Made by a program: the position numbers and the translations under genes. This document shows, piece by piece, positions 12,801 through 27,800 of a stretch of DNA of 63,851 nt (positions within the stretch are counted from its first letter, which is position 1; the number at the start of each line of letters is the position of its first letter). The stretch lies in assembly GCA_002633005.1 (NCBI GenBank), contig NMRA01001010.1, positions 1-63,851 of the forward strand. The letters are read 5' to 3'. The stretch comes from Phoronis australis. Its lineage: Eukaryota; Animalia; Phoronida. The notes below the pieces were generated by a model, which ran no database searches, was not told the DNA's origin, and saw only the letters and a list, made by a program, of their open reading frames with translations.

Positions 12801-15800
12801 GCAGTTGTCTTCTTGGCCATATGACCTAGCCTTGAAATCCAGAATGAGGCTAAAAAGCTCAAACAATCTGACTATAACGTTGCTTCTGTATTGGTTGAAT
12901 CAGTGATTTGCAACCCATGAATTTAAGCAGCCAAGTAAAAGTATCTGCTGTAATGAATGTATTGAGGGGTGGCCTGCCATGTAAATGTTTTAAATAGTGC
13001 ATTGTTTTTATCTAGTCAATAGTCTTGCCTGAAGTTAAAAATGAATTACTATGACTTAACGTTGACTTGGTGGATTTGAGTTTGTCCTTACATTTAAAAG
13101 CGCATTTTGGTTTTCAAAACTACAATAATAAAAAGTTGAGAACTGCCAGTCGGGGATGGTCAATGCCCGCTTATGATGGCAACATTTACCATAATTCAAG
13201 TTTTCACATTTCAAAGTTCGCCTTTACTGTTTTGACAGTAATTAAGATGCAGTCAACAATAGCCTAAAGATTGGATGCTTTTAAAAAGCTTACCGATTGG
13301 TGCAGTGCGAGTGGGTGCTTAAATTAGAAATGTTAAAAAGTAATCACTGGGCTTGGGTGTAACTCAAACCAGAATGTTAACGGTACATTCACAGGTTTGC
13401 GAGTGGATTTCGTGTAGTAACCGTGCCGCCATGTGCTCGGACATCACCGTATTTAAGAAACTGTTGGATGAACCCACAAACAACTACATGAGTATGAAGG
13501 ATTTACAGGCACTTGTCTGTAAGATCCTGTCCACCAACATGACACAGATGTATGTAGACCTTACCAGAGAGACTCTGATGGTGAAAGATGTTGTAAGGAT
13601 GGTAAGCTGTTGAATTCATCCTGTAAAATTATTCTGTTCTTGTTAGACACATAACGGTGTTGTCTCTTTATGATATTGTTTTAATGACACTATTTCAAAT
13701 TTGTGGTACATTTTCAAACCTTCAAAAAGCATTGCTGAAGCAGATCAGCAAGACACAACCAATGCCGAGCTACGACTCCTCTTGCGCATTTATTTCCTTA
13801 TGCATGCACAGCCTAAACCTGCTCACGGACAAACTTCAATTCAAGTGCTGGACCATTTTAGAGTTAACCTCTCACTGTTTCATTTTTTCTCAATGATTTA
13901 TTATTATTAGAGACAACAAATAGAAATTCTCGTTTTTTTCACTATTCTTCCTTCACGGAATTTTATGAAATTCAGCAAGAACGTTTCCATTGAGATGACG
14001 ACGAAACTTTTCCAATGTCGAACGAATTCAAAATATTCTGCTCCCTGTGACCATTTTTCAGTAAATTTCTTAAGTCTGTCATCGCCATCTTGATGTGTTT
14101 TCTTTCACGTCATTTGAAAGAGATGGCTGAATTTGAAGTTTTGGAACATTACCGGTTTGCACTTTGCATGCTGTTATGTGCTTACAATATGCCAATTGGC
14201 AATGCCCCTGGCTGAACTAGAAGGGTTGGTGGTCGCCCAAGTGGCAAGCAAATTTTCATAGCATTAAAGGATTTTAATTTTTCTGTGTGGAGTTGAAAAA
14301 AACGAATTTTATTCTCAGTGTCATGTTTTTAATTAAACATTAGCCTCATCGGTAATGTTTCACTTATATTTCTCAAAAAAGGTTATCTCCAAAAGAATTC
14401 CTTTTCAAAATTTTTGAAAGACTGTCTGATGCTACAGATCATGAGAAATTTACCAAGTGTTGTTTTGTCACAATTGCACAGAGCAGGCAATGTAATTAAA
14501 TAAATCAAATTTAATTCTGTGACAACATTGGGTAGACACCAGCCAATTTTCGAGCAGATTCAATCACTGCAGCACCTCCTAGTGGCCATTTTGGTCTCCG
14601 GAAAGTATACTTTTTCAGTACTTGTAGTGAGAAAAGAGTTTCTGAATGATATCTAGAGAAGTGATTGATTCAGATGTATGTGATGCAATCGAATTCCGCA
14701 GCACCCTCTTGTCGCTATTTTGGTCGCGGCAAGGGGCTTTTCACTACTTTTAGGGAAAAGTTTCCGAATGATGGCTAGAGTATCGATTGATGGATTTAAA
14801 TGAAACGTGACACGGGTATGTGATGGCAGTGTCCAGGACTAGATAATTTTCTGACAGGTTCGACCATTGCAGCACCCCCTGGTGGCTATTTTATGTAGTT
14901 TCACCAGTTGTTTCCGCGATATCTCAGATTCCTGGTCGTATTTTAATGAAACTTGACACAAGGAAGTAGGGAATCACCGGGACGGTATATTCCACTTTTC
15001 AGTCTGCCATCAGGCCAGGGGTGTGGCTTTTTGGTATTTTTGGGGAACAATTAATCATTTTTTAATGGAGAACTGATAGACAGATTTCAGTGAAACTTAA
15101 TACCGGGATATGTGAGGGCAGTGCCCAGGCACAAGTTGAATTTTGGGTGAATTATATTTCAGAAACACTTGTTTTTATTAACAGCATTTAGAAACAATTT
15201 TTGAGCAAGTGGACATGTGCAATCAAGTAATGCAAAAGTTGTGAGGTGGGGTCTGCTTTTGAGTGACGAGTTACGTAAGAACGATGACTTATAAAGGGCA
15301 AATTAACAGCGAACCTTAACATGTAAGTTTTGTGCAGTATAAACCTTGCCGGCAATCAAGTAGAATGGTCTTGATGTTGCTTTCCCTCGAGCATTTTTGA
15401 AATTAAAGTACATTATTGTTCTTTTCTGTCATATTGTGACTGTTAAATAAATGAGGAACAATGAACCTGCTATGTACTCACGTTTCTCTTCACAGATGCT
15501 GCATATGGGCACAATAACACATGCTGAACTAGAGACTGTGGCCGAGAATATGAACAAGTTCATCACCCATCTTTATGCCTTCGCCTCTGACCCTAAACCA
15601 ATTGACCAGAAGTTAGGTCTCAGTCTTCCTCCTGAAAAAACGTTTGTCTCTAGATCATTTAATAAGGAATTCTCACAAGTCGTGGTGAATGGTTTTGCCA
15701 ATCTGTAAGTAATCACTCTTGTCAAAGTCCATTCAAATAGAATCAGATAGGGTCGAATAATTAATACAATATGAAAAACGTCTCGTGAGAAGCTTGTCAG

Positions 15801-18800
15801 CGTGGTGGTGTTTTTGGTTATGAAATTATACAAGGAAGTAGCAATACTAGATATTGTCTAAGATGGGTATCCCATAGAATGAACCTTGCAATTTTTAGGT
15901 AACCTCCTCTAGTGCCGCTGATTCTTTTTTTTTTGCCTCAACTTCAAGGGGGAATTGGTTGTTATTTTTGGTGCAAAGAAATATTTTTCCACATTAATTA
16001 CTATTACCCTGGCATGTATTTACAAGTTATGCAGCAACAGAAATGGCCGGCACCTTGCTATGAAGTGCTTTTTCCGGCGTTCATTCTGCAAACACGTATG
16101 CCCAATGCAGACTGCAATCTAAACTAAGTTTGACTGCATGTTTGATCAACAGCTGAGTGAATACAGAAACAAAGTGCCGGCCTTTTGATGAACCGTTTAA
16201 GTCACTTTCTATTGTTGTATGGACTGTAAGTATGTGCTTGGGAGACAATAATGCCCAAAAATCTGCAAGATAATTAGGAACCTCTATCTTTATTACAGCT
16301 ACCAACAAAAATGGTTGCTTTCCCTTTAATCTGTTAAACTGGTTGTAAGAGCTTTATGAAACATTGGCCACACATTTTAGATGGTAGTTTTGCCCCCTTG
16401 CAATTTTTTGGCACTGACATCTCTTACCTGCCAAATGGACTCGATTGATGCTTGTGAAGTGCTGCTAACTATGCGTTTACTAAAGAGTCAATTTGCAGGT
16501 GGTTCATGCTTACTTTGTGTGCAGTGCTGCTTTTAATTTCCCATGCTTCTTAACTATTTTGAAAAAATCAGCAGAGATTTAATGTAATTTGTGATTTGAT
16601 TATTAAATTAAAATTCTCCTACTTCTTGTAACTGTTATGCAGAACCACAGGTAACCAAATTGGTTAATTATTGTTTTTTATGAAAGTAAATGCCCCAGGT
16701 AGATGTGTCAACGTGGGTGTATCTCAACACTGTATTGTTGTTGCTATGAACTCATCATCTACAATTCTATGGTATGTCTGGAGTTCTTGTAGCATAGTGT
16801 TTTCTGCTGGTTTTAAAATATATGGTGATCTTTCAATATGGTAACTTAATGGTAACGACAGCTCAGACTCTCAGAATGTTTACTGAGAGCTCTCAGCTGT
16901 AACCTTAAAAAGTACCCAGTGGATGCCAACTGCAACAGAAAAACACGGTAATAGTCAAGATATAATGTGCCCGAATTTGAGAACCAGTTTTCTCCACCGA
17001 ATAATGGGCATCAAACTGGTTCTCAAAATACGGGCACGTTATATCCGACTGTTGCCGACAGACACACTTGTTTTGACCGTGAGCATCATTTGATTACTGC
17101 TTTATATTGTTTGACTTTTGTTTGTTGTAGTTATTCCGGGGACCTTAAAGCATGGCTGAAAGGCGTGGGAGAGTGTCAAGTGATGAGAATGTTTGTGAGC
17201 AAGGTGCATGGCTCATTGCGATATGCCATTTTCATGATGAAGAAGTTACTAGGTACATGTAATGTCAGTTGTAACTTCATTGAAATTAACCACAAAAATA
17301 TTTTTAAAATGAGTACCTTTTATACTTACCGTTTTAATGGTATATCATGTACACGGTGGGTGTTTGTCAATATTCAGCATTGCTGGTGTTATCATTTTTT
17401 GTGTGTGTTGGCGTCTGCCTCCCTATCTGCCAGACAGTGTGAAGAATCACCATGAAGGATGACAGATGTGATCCTGTTGAGAGCATATAGCTATCTGGCA
17501 TTAATTTTTGGACAGATCTACTTTCTTGGCAGTTATAGTTTTGTTTGAGTCAGCCTCAATATCTAATTACGTTCATGAAATTTGGTTTTCTAATGATGGA
17601 AATGTGACAGATTTAGTCATTTAAATAGATCTAACATAACTTCCAAGTGAGCATCACTTACATCGCTGTCACCATTTGCGATGCAACAGTGGCTACATAC
17701 CAACGCTCTGCAATCGTCGAGTTCTATGATTCTAAGATGGTGTTTTAACTCATCATTCAGAGTTCACCGTCAAAGAAGATGTAATAGGTACTTTGAAGGA
17801 CAAGTTGCCACAGACTAAGAAACTCTTGGACATGATGGATGATAGCCTGACACCAGCAGTGGTTGGTACTGTAGAGTTGGCCCTGAGGAACCCTTTGCAG
17901 GTAGGAGCCTGTTCATGCTGATGGGGACATTGCTTGTAAGCATGTGTTCAAAGATCCTAAACAGCTAATATTCACTTCTCCAAAGAGTGGTTATTTAAAC
18001 TGAAACCCCACACCGTTTTGTCTTTGCTTTGATATTAGAATTAGAAATTTGATACGTCTGATACACGACAAAAGTGGATGAAATATGGTTTCCCTGTCTT
18101 GGGCCATCTTGAGGGATCATTCAAGCTTCTATGACTGTGAATTATGCTTGCACATGGCATCGACCACTTGTGCTCAGCCATCATGACGAGGAATTCAGCT
18201 GAGCATTTGCAAGTTAAGTAATTAAAAATCTAATAGTTGACCAATTTTTATTAATATTTTGTCGGATAATTCAAATCTGACTTGAAATGTTTTGATTTCA
18301 GGACAAATAGTATTTTATCAACGAGATGGAATTTGTCGAATTGTAATCACTGTGTGTGCTCTGCTTTGACAGCTTGGCTGATGTTTATGTCTCCTCTAAC
18401 ATTTTTGGTTTCTCAAATACATAGTCTTACTTGAAATATGTATGCTGAGAAAAACTTCTTGGGAAATCTGACAAACTAATCTCTCCGACACAGAATGGCA
18501 GACTAATGAAATTTATTTTATTTTCTAATATTTTTTCATAAAATTATAATTAAATGCTTTTCCGCTTGTGCAAGTTCTGTGCCATAGCTGACACCAGACA
18601 AAGTTTTGAAAATTTTTAGGCATTCACAACAGTGTTAGAAGCCTTTGAAAAAGAAAAAAAGCGCAATACAAATTACTTTTGTGCAAAATTGGTGAGATTT
18701 TACCGTACTTACAAAAATCAACACATATCAAAACAGATGACATCAGGACAGATTTGTACAGCCAATCACCTACTGTAGTATCGTCTCATATTGTAAACTT

Positions 18801-21800
18801 CATCCACGCTTGTACACTTCATGTTTTGACAGACACAAAAATATATCAAATCTCTGTATCGCTTTATGAGAAGTCTTCTTGGTAGCTAAATTCTATCTCA
18901 TGTTGCCTTGTTAGACAGCTTTTCATGGAACCCAAATCGATTCTAACTTCACCGTGTACTTACATTAAATGATGGAAGTAATCAAACAAAATACCATTTC
19001 CCATCATGACAACTAATTCTTTTAACTCTAAAAGTGACTGGGTGGCAAAATTCTAATTATAAAATGGCGTTAAGCTTCCTTACTAACTTTCCTGTTCTAA
19101 TTCCCCTTCATTCTTGTTCACGACTCCCTGTGACGATGAATTTAGCTTCTGCCCAGACACCATGGGGGGGGGGGTAATTTTAGGTCACGTTTTGTCTTAA
19201 TACATTTGACTTTTGGAGCTGTTTATTCCAGATGCACAACATGTTGGACAAACTTCTAAGTGTCCTACTGGATGATCCCAACAAGCTATGTACCGACTCG
19301 TCATTTTTGGAGGGCTACGATTCCTCCAGCGTTCGGACAAAGATGAAGGACATCCTTGATCTGTTTTGCCGCAAACTTGATTATGATGCCCTCTGGAAGG
19401 AGCTTGGTCTGGACAGACTGGTGGACGAGGTCAAGACGTGGGTATGTGACAAAGGCATATTTCGAATCTCTAATCTTTCACAGTTTTCAAAAAGTTAGGC
19501 GGTTCCCTGTCAACATTTCATGTCAAAATAATTTGGCAACAGACACTCCTTTGCACAAAATTTGTTGAAAACACAAAATTTGTTGACTTTACAACCGTGT
19601 TCACAATTAATCATTTTGATCCATGATTTCAAAAATAGGGCATCGAAAATGGGCTCCACAAGTTTCTTAAGCCGTTCACGACCAATGATGCATGACAACA
19701 TTTTGACCTCGTGTCAAATTGTTGTAATGGTGTATAATAATTTTAAAAATTAGCTTATCTATTAAACTGATTTATTCTAGACATGGCAATGAACTTAAAC
19801 TTACTTTTTGTTTGTTCAAATGCTGAACCAAGCATCCAAATATAGCTAGGTTATCTAAAATTGAGTCAGCTTGAAGGGCTGTTGCTGGAATTGACCTATC
19901 GCCAGGATTTTGAGTGACGGCTTAACTGACCAATCAGAACGCACCATTCGTATCCAAGTCGCCATTTTAGCCGAGAAACAACACGTTGCCGGGTAAAATT
20001 TATTGTTTGTCGACATTTCACAAGGGGGCGGAGCTTGCGATAGGTCAATTATAATGATCGCCCTATGTATTTACAGCGCTGTATGCAGTGCATACAGTGG
20101 GTGCATATCAACACTGTGCATTTTTCTTGTTGATTATAGTCACAAATTGTATACTCCAAGTCATTCCAGTAAATTGTCTTCTAATTAATAATGAATCAAA
20201 TTTCATTGTGCTATGCCAACTCTCAACACGAGTTTACTCAGTATTTGCTTGCTGAAAAAGAAGTTACATAAATGATTATTAACAATGCATGTCTAAACCA
20301 CCAACGTTTGCATGTAATAGAATGGGTAGATACATTTAGACCAAAACAAGCTAAGTAACGTCATAATGAGCTTTTCTGGGGATCTGCATAAGACAACTCC
20401 TACGTTTTGTTACCCCAACGCCTAAGGGAACCTAAGCCAAATTGTGACTAGCCATCCTGATCCATTCACATATTAAATGTCCATGCTGGCTTAGCCACAA
20501 CGCAAATCCTGTTTGCATAAGATTTGCCAAACGGGCAGTATGCACCATTCCCCTGGACTGTTAAACCCAAGAAATTTCCAACATCACGATCTGATCTAGT
20601 ATCACATAAGATTAAACTTGACAGCCAAGCCCATTGTGTTGGTACATAATGCTATGGTAGTTATAAGCGAGTCATATAGCCTACAGTCACACCAAGGAAT
20701 CAGCAGGTGAAAGTGAAGTCTAATTTCTCTGAAAGTCAACCATTTTTCTCCGTTCGAAGATTTTTTGGTGGTAGTATTTCATACAAATCACATTTTCTTC
20801 CTGATATTTGATGGATATGGTTTGGAAATAGTATTTTAAAGAGCGGTTAGCGTCAGGAGCTCTGTTTACTACATAATTGCTGGATTACCTGAGCTATCCC
20901 ATTCACACAGACAATGAGAGAGCTGGACTATTTAAACATTGGTTTGCCTACTTTTTCTCTTTTCTGTCACTGTCAAACTGATAATGACACGGCTGTATCC
21001 CGACTACCCAATCAGTGAAATCTGGATACTCATCACACATTGTGGGTAATTTGCGATGAAATGTGTGAATTAACAGTGCTTAAAATATCAAAACACTCCC
21101 ATGGTGGAAAATTTTCTTCTTAAAACAAAAATTGTGACAAGTTTTAGCTACCGATCCCAAAATTGAAGAAAAAGTTTCGTGTATTTTAAAAAAGTGTGAT
21201 CTACTGTAGGTCTGGTTTAAATACTTGGTGTGACATGCTGTTGCCATATAGCACGTGCACTGCACGATACTTGCAAACACGATTTTCACTAATAAATATA
21301 TCGTGTTATGAACCTAAACACGTTTCCCAAAGTACTTACACCGTCTACACCCATTACGCTGAAGTGCACTGAGATATAGAAGCTATATATATATGCTCGT
21401 GACTGCGCTAGTCATAACACCAGACGCTGAACGTGTAACTTGAATGAATATGTTCGGCTTTTAATTTTAATTTTGATTTTGAAATTAAAGAGAACAGTGA
21501 TCAACAAAGCTGACAATAGCCTCTCTGGTCATAGCCAGCTATAATTTATAGAACTTGACAATTTGAGGTACCTTACAATTAAGTACATTATATACATGTA
21601 CGTATAAATATACATATATATTATACACATAACACTGCAGGATATCATATTAATTTTGCATTATTTCAGTTTGTGGTACCCAGTTCAGAGTATACTGTGC
21701 GCTTTGATCCTGACAAGTTTGTAGATGACACAAAGCAGTTCGTCAACATGTTTGGTCCTCTTGGGAAGATTGGTTGGCAATGGACCTCCAACACTTTGCC

Positions 21801-24800
21801 AATATGGATGCGTGAAACGCACTGGTCAAAGCCCATGACCGATATGCTGCGTCGAACTTCAGTTTGGAATCTGTACTCGCAGCCATATACTATGAGGTGT
21901 GTAGAGTCGAGACTCAAGTTTTATTCAGGCTAATTATGTGTCCACACACTCATGTATTGCTCTGTTACTGTATCTATTAATAAAACTACTTGCAAGGTTA
22001 TAATGAAATTTGATAGATTTGTTTCTTGGACCTATCCGACTATCGCTGTTCCCCTTAGTCACAATTTTAGTTTTGTGCATTTGCCTGTGTGTCTTCGGAG
22101 TTCCTGTCTTGATTTTCATGAAATTTGACAGATAGGATTAATCTATTAAAAAGACGGCTTTGCCAATCAATTTTCAGACATATTCAATGCATTTTTGTCT
22201 CTTTGAATTGGTAATCAATTTTTGTTATTTGTGAGTCAGTGTTCTGTGGCATTCACCTCCCTGTCTACGGAGCCACTCAATATGAAAAGTAACAGATGTA
22301 TTCCTGATTATGAGACCATTGACATTGATTTTCGGACGTGTCCAACTAATGTGTCGCCTCTTTGCGACAATTTGTTTTTTTTTACATCAGAGGCTGAATC
22401 TCCTTAACGCCTTGTTGGAGTTTTATGAAATTGTTCAGTTTGTGAAATGCCTATCTCTTCATGACATAAAAATAGTAAACTGCAAGGACTGAAAGTACTC
22501 ACAAAATGTTTACAGATCAAGGTCTTCTGACTAAATCTCAACCCAGTCTGAGACTGGAGTGTTTGAGAGCACTTTTATAACAGTAAGTGGTCTGTATATC
22601 TGAGGCTGTTTTTTTTTGCTCAAACTCTGTGCATGATTGTTTTGAACCTTGGAAGTCCTGCATTGATGTACTGTGATAATTGTCGGCATTTGAAACTTGG
22701 TCTTCACTCCTTACTTGGTCACAGTGAAAAGCATTCATTATATTTTTACATGTTAACTGATTGCTTCTCTTTGGCCAGCTTGATTCAAGAAAACGTAAAG
22801 AAGTTCCTTGTGTACCTTCGTCTTGCTATACCCAACACATTGACAAACGAACAGAACCTTGCATTTCTCAATGTGCAAGATATCATCACATTGGTTAATG
22901 AAATACTGAAGGGACTTGGAGGTGAGAACATGTGGCTACACATCAGTTTTGTGTGGAAAGTGGAGTGTACAAGTTTGTTGACTTCAGAACTAGTGCAGTG
23001 TTTGCTATGTAAAACTCCCACAGTGTTGTATTTTCACACAAAACAACATTTTTGCCTAGCAAACCCTGGTGTCTTGATATACCTCACCAAAGTTTCAAGG
23101 AAGTATGATTAAGAAATACAATAGTGTATATAACGATGTCATTTTGTGATTTGATCCTGAATTTTTGCCCATTCTTGATTTTTATGCATCCTTTATCTCT
23201 TCTATAAGCAGCCTTCCACTGGACCTTCTGTGGGGATTGCTGCATGTCCGTCACAGTTTTGTAGGAAATTTAATCTGAGGTGTATAACAATTAGTGCACA
23301 GTGGAAAATCAGTAGTGCTTGGTATCAGTCCTTTCGTCTAACATCGACTACGCAGTGTATTGTAGTGTCACCACTATTGCCGGGAAAATGTAGTCCTCTT
23401 GTCTAATTCCTTAAGTTGTGTAGGCAAGTGGTCACCATTGTATTGCCACAGAAGAGGTGTCTAGTTACAGTTCATCTACCCAGGCAGGTTCTCCTGTTAT
23501 CTGTTGCTGCCAGATCAAAGCTGCGCTGTCAGAATGCCGGGTAATTTTTTATGAATTCCTCAGTGAAGCCAGCTGTGCCCTCTAGTGGCTAAATCTATAC
23601 TTAATTCCGTCTTCAGCTGTGTTCCTAAAGCACTAGTTATAACGCACATGGTCCATGGTTTCAAGTTGTGCATGCATAAGGCGTGCGACATAGCGTGGTA
23701 TACAGCTAGGTAGAGTAAACAAGCCAAAATCGAATTGCACTCTATGGAGAACGGGTAGTAAATTGCTGGTTTCTCTTAAGATTAGTACATGGCCAAAACA
23801 GCTCTGGGTAATGTATATTATGCTTCAGTGAATGCTGCAGAGTTAATTGGATGTGAAAGTTTCAGATTATTCACGAGGTTATCTTTACTATTGGGGTTCT
23901 ACTGGCTTCATTTGTCAATAGATACCAGATTATGATTGGTGATAGTAATAACTTGTGACTAATTACCTAAACATCATACCAGTATGAATGGACTCACCGG
24001 AGACAGCGGAAGAGTTATTATCTCTGCGGCGAAGGATGTTAGAGTTGCGTCTCCGATGAGTTGCCAGCAGTCACTGGTAGGGTGCGCGGCAGAGTGGGTT
24101 TAAGATTTTTTATAGGCCTAACTATCCCCAATTCCCGTACCAGGGTGAATTTCAAAAATATCTTGACTTGTTTGCGGATCAGATGTGATATGTGACGTCT
24201 ATGTTGAAAGTGCATGTGCCATATTTTTTAACATCGGTGATGACGAAGTAGCTGATTGTATAGGGACGTTTTCTGTTGAGTCATGACTGTGAATAGTTTC
24301 ACCTCTTCTTTGCATCTCAGTCACTGGCTTACAAAAGTTGCAGAGTTGCCATTCCGTAAATTGGCTGTTGTTTCTTGATAAATATGTATAGCTACATCTG
24401 AGAGCTGTCTGAGATGCCGTTTGGTATGTTCGTTTTTTGATACTAAGTCTTTAATTGGTAAAATTTATGACTTGTGATATCTTTATATCAAATGCATTAT
24501 GGGGTACGTGAATTTCGGGGCCCACGCGACCTCGCGAAGTATTGGATTTTTGTTTTATGAATAACAACAACATCGTGGCATCTGCCAATACGGTAAAACT
24601 CATGTTTCATATTACTGCATTGATTCATACATTTATTACGTGTTTGATTGCCAGGCTCTCTGGACTACTTGTCGACAACATTTGGAAACACTGTGGAGAT
24701 GAAGAAGATAGTTAACCTTTTGACCTATGACCTGCCTACTGTGTTTGAAAAGGCCTTGGTTGATGTTGTCTTTGACCTTGTTAAGGTACAGTGTACAAAC

Positions 24801-27800
24801 CTGGACAGCATGCCGTTTCAATCATGCACACTCGCATTATCTCTGTCTTGATGGGGTCATATTGAACAGAGTCATCTATCTTACGCCTTGTGCTATAGTC
24901 TTTGGCTGTCTACGCTAAATGGTGCTTTCAGGAAATTCAAGTTATCTATAATAGCCAACATCCTACGCACACCTCCTCAGCCGTGAGAGTGAGAACCATT
25001 TTCGCTTGGCCCACTTTCAAATTCTGATGTGTATGAAAGGCAGTTTCTGTCATTCTTGGAAATTTTGTGATATTGGACGTTTTTAGTGATTAATTTGTTG
25101 ATCACAATGTCCAATGTAGTATATATTTGATGAAAAACTGTGAAACGAAATTGAAATTCCAATAGCTGCCTTTAATCCTGCACTAGTGGCCTGTTGGGGC
25201 TGGCAGTTTGAACGTTTTTAAACAATTGACTCTGTTGTCATTCGGTGGTGGAGGTATAGTATAGGATTATCATATAATGTGGTGTTATTCCAGTTGGGCA
25301 AGTTCACTAAAGCGCTGCAGGATGAGGATGCATGTGACCAGTCGTCCAGCTTATATAATGTGATTGGTGACAACCCCCTGACTCGGCTGGTCTGTAGTTT
25401 GGACACTGCCAAGCTGGAGAAGGAATTGGCCAGTCTGGCTGCCAACAATAAGATGGTTAAGGCTCTCTACCAACTGGTAGGTACTGGGACAGGGAGTGTT
25501 TTGGGAATACTGTAATCCTTTATTTGTTTCCCTATCAGGCGCTGGGCTATTTTTGAATGGAGTGTGTGACTAGGTCACACTCTTAAGGATTTCCCATGAA
25601 TAAGGCCGCCTTTTCCTCATGAATATTGTTCCAAGAAGTAGAACACTTTTGTGGGCAAAATGTATGTGAAAAAATGCCTGTCTAAACGACACTATACTCT
25701 GCTCATTGTGCATAAAAATTACCAAATTTGTCACTTTTATTTTTTTCACATATGAGACATCTCGAATACCCTGTTACTATTGAGAACAAGGCGATAATGG
25801 GGAATTGCCCTTTTGAAGGTTTGTCCACACCAGCTGGAGGAGACTACATGCAAAGCAGGACCATGTCAATCCTCAAAAGCTTGCATGAGATCCAATGTCT
25901 TAGTGAAATAGGTAAAAAAGCCTGATGATTGCCACAACCACCTGCACTTGGGGTCGTTACAGCAGGACATTGTACCATGTAAAACATTTTGAAGTTGTTT
26001 CGGTCATATTGAGTGTGCGACCCCAGCCAGACTAATTATTGTGACAGTTTATTGAAGGAATGAAGAACACGTCATGTGTTCTAGGGTAAGAGGGGTGGTT
26101 CAGTTGAAAAGTGTATACAGGAATAGACAAGACGCTTTCGGAACAGTGCAGTGGCCCAGCAACATTTCGTTTGCAACATACTGTAGACGCACATCAATAC
26201 CCCCAGCGTTGTTTTTATTCAATTTTTACGGTTGTGAGGGCTTTTTTAATGTTTATTACGAAATCTTCAGAACACAATGAATATGCATAACACAGAAAGC
26301 GCCAAGAGGCATTATACCTGGGTTAAAAAAGTACAAAGAAGTGTATATATAATACACGAATACATAAACAAAAAAAACTGATGTTAAGATTGCAATGATA
26401 TAATTACGAATGTAAATAATTCGTTTTCATACACGCTGGTATACAATTCTATCCACTCACACAAAGAGATTTAATGTTATAAAGAAATTCTGATACTATT
26501 TCAAATAAAACCTTATTTTCATTTGGGTTGAGTTTTTGGCATCCATATAGAAAAAAATTAATTTTGTTTTATGATTGCGGGATTTCAGAATATTTTTTGT
26601 AAACGTTGTGGTATTGTTCGAGTTTCTGGAAAAGCTGTACTCTCTCCTCCTTGCATACCTCGCAAGCAAAGAAAAGATAAGGATATGTCTGGGTGTCTCC
26701 AGAGGAACACAGAGGCGAAATATCATTAAAATTATGTCTAAATTTCTCGTTGTTTAGTAATAGACCGCATCTTGATCTGTATAGGGTTATTTCATGGTTG
26801 CGAGGAAGTTGGAATGATGTCACTGTGACTGGCAAGTCTTGAGTAGTGGTATGCATTTTAAAGTTATTTTTGAGAGTGACGATTGAAGTGCTTTCTTTTA
26901 TTTTGAATGGTAAGGAATTCCAGTTGTCAATACTAGTTAATATCGTTGATCTCCTGAAGGCTTGGCTGATGTAAGATTGAATAGTGTGCATATTACTTTG
27001 CCGCAGTCCTGGTCTCGTGCTTGGTCTTTTGTAGGAGTCAAAGAGGATTTTGTTAGAGTAATTGTTTATGTTGGTTAAGACGTTGAATGTATACATGGAC
27101 AGGTGGAGTTTACAACGGGTTGCTAGTTTGCTCCAGTTAAGACTGTTTAGAACCTTGATTGTGTTGGACCCTTTGCATGACCCTGTTATGGCTAAAGCTG
27201 CTTGGTATTGTATAGTCTTTCTAATTGAAGAAGTATGCCAGCGTTTGCCGATTGGTAGATTATGTCACAGTAATCTAGATGTGGAAGTACAAAAGACTTG
27301 AACGAACAGAGTTTCAAGATGTATGGAGTTGAGATGACGAAAGATGATTCTGATTGGATTAATTAATTTTTGTACTTTATGAACGAGTTCGCGACAATGA
27401 GGAGTAAATGTAAGCTTATGGTCTAGTAGCAAGCCAATATGTTTGTGCGTGATTTTATTGGGAATAACTTCCCCATTGAGTGATAATTCCAGTTTTGGAT
27501 TTGTTTGGAAATGAGTATTATTAGACTTAGAAAATATAAGATCAACACTTTTTTAGGTTTAAATTTCATCTTCTATTTGTAGGACCAGTCATAAAGTTTG
27601 TTAAGGTCAGTTTGCAATTGTAAGGAGTCATGGGGATGGTCTTTTGTGAATGGGTGGAAAATTGCAGTGTCATCAGCATATAAGAATGTTTTAGAGTTAA
27701 TTGTGTGTGGAAGATCATTGATGTACAGTAAAAAGAGTAAGGGGCCTAGTACGCTGCCCTGTGGTACTCCAGCATTTACGAAACCTGGCATTGATGAAGG

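Noticed and set aside
16967-17455. 162-aa stand-alone ORF (likewise 22633-23112)
   Set aside because: Only the central part between splice sites looks coding; the flanks are intron read-through.
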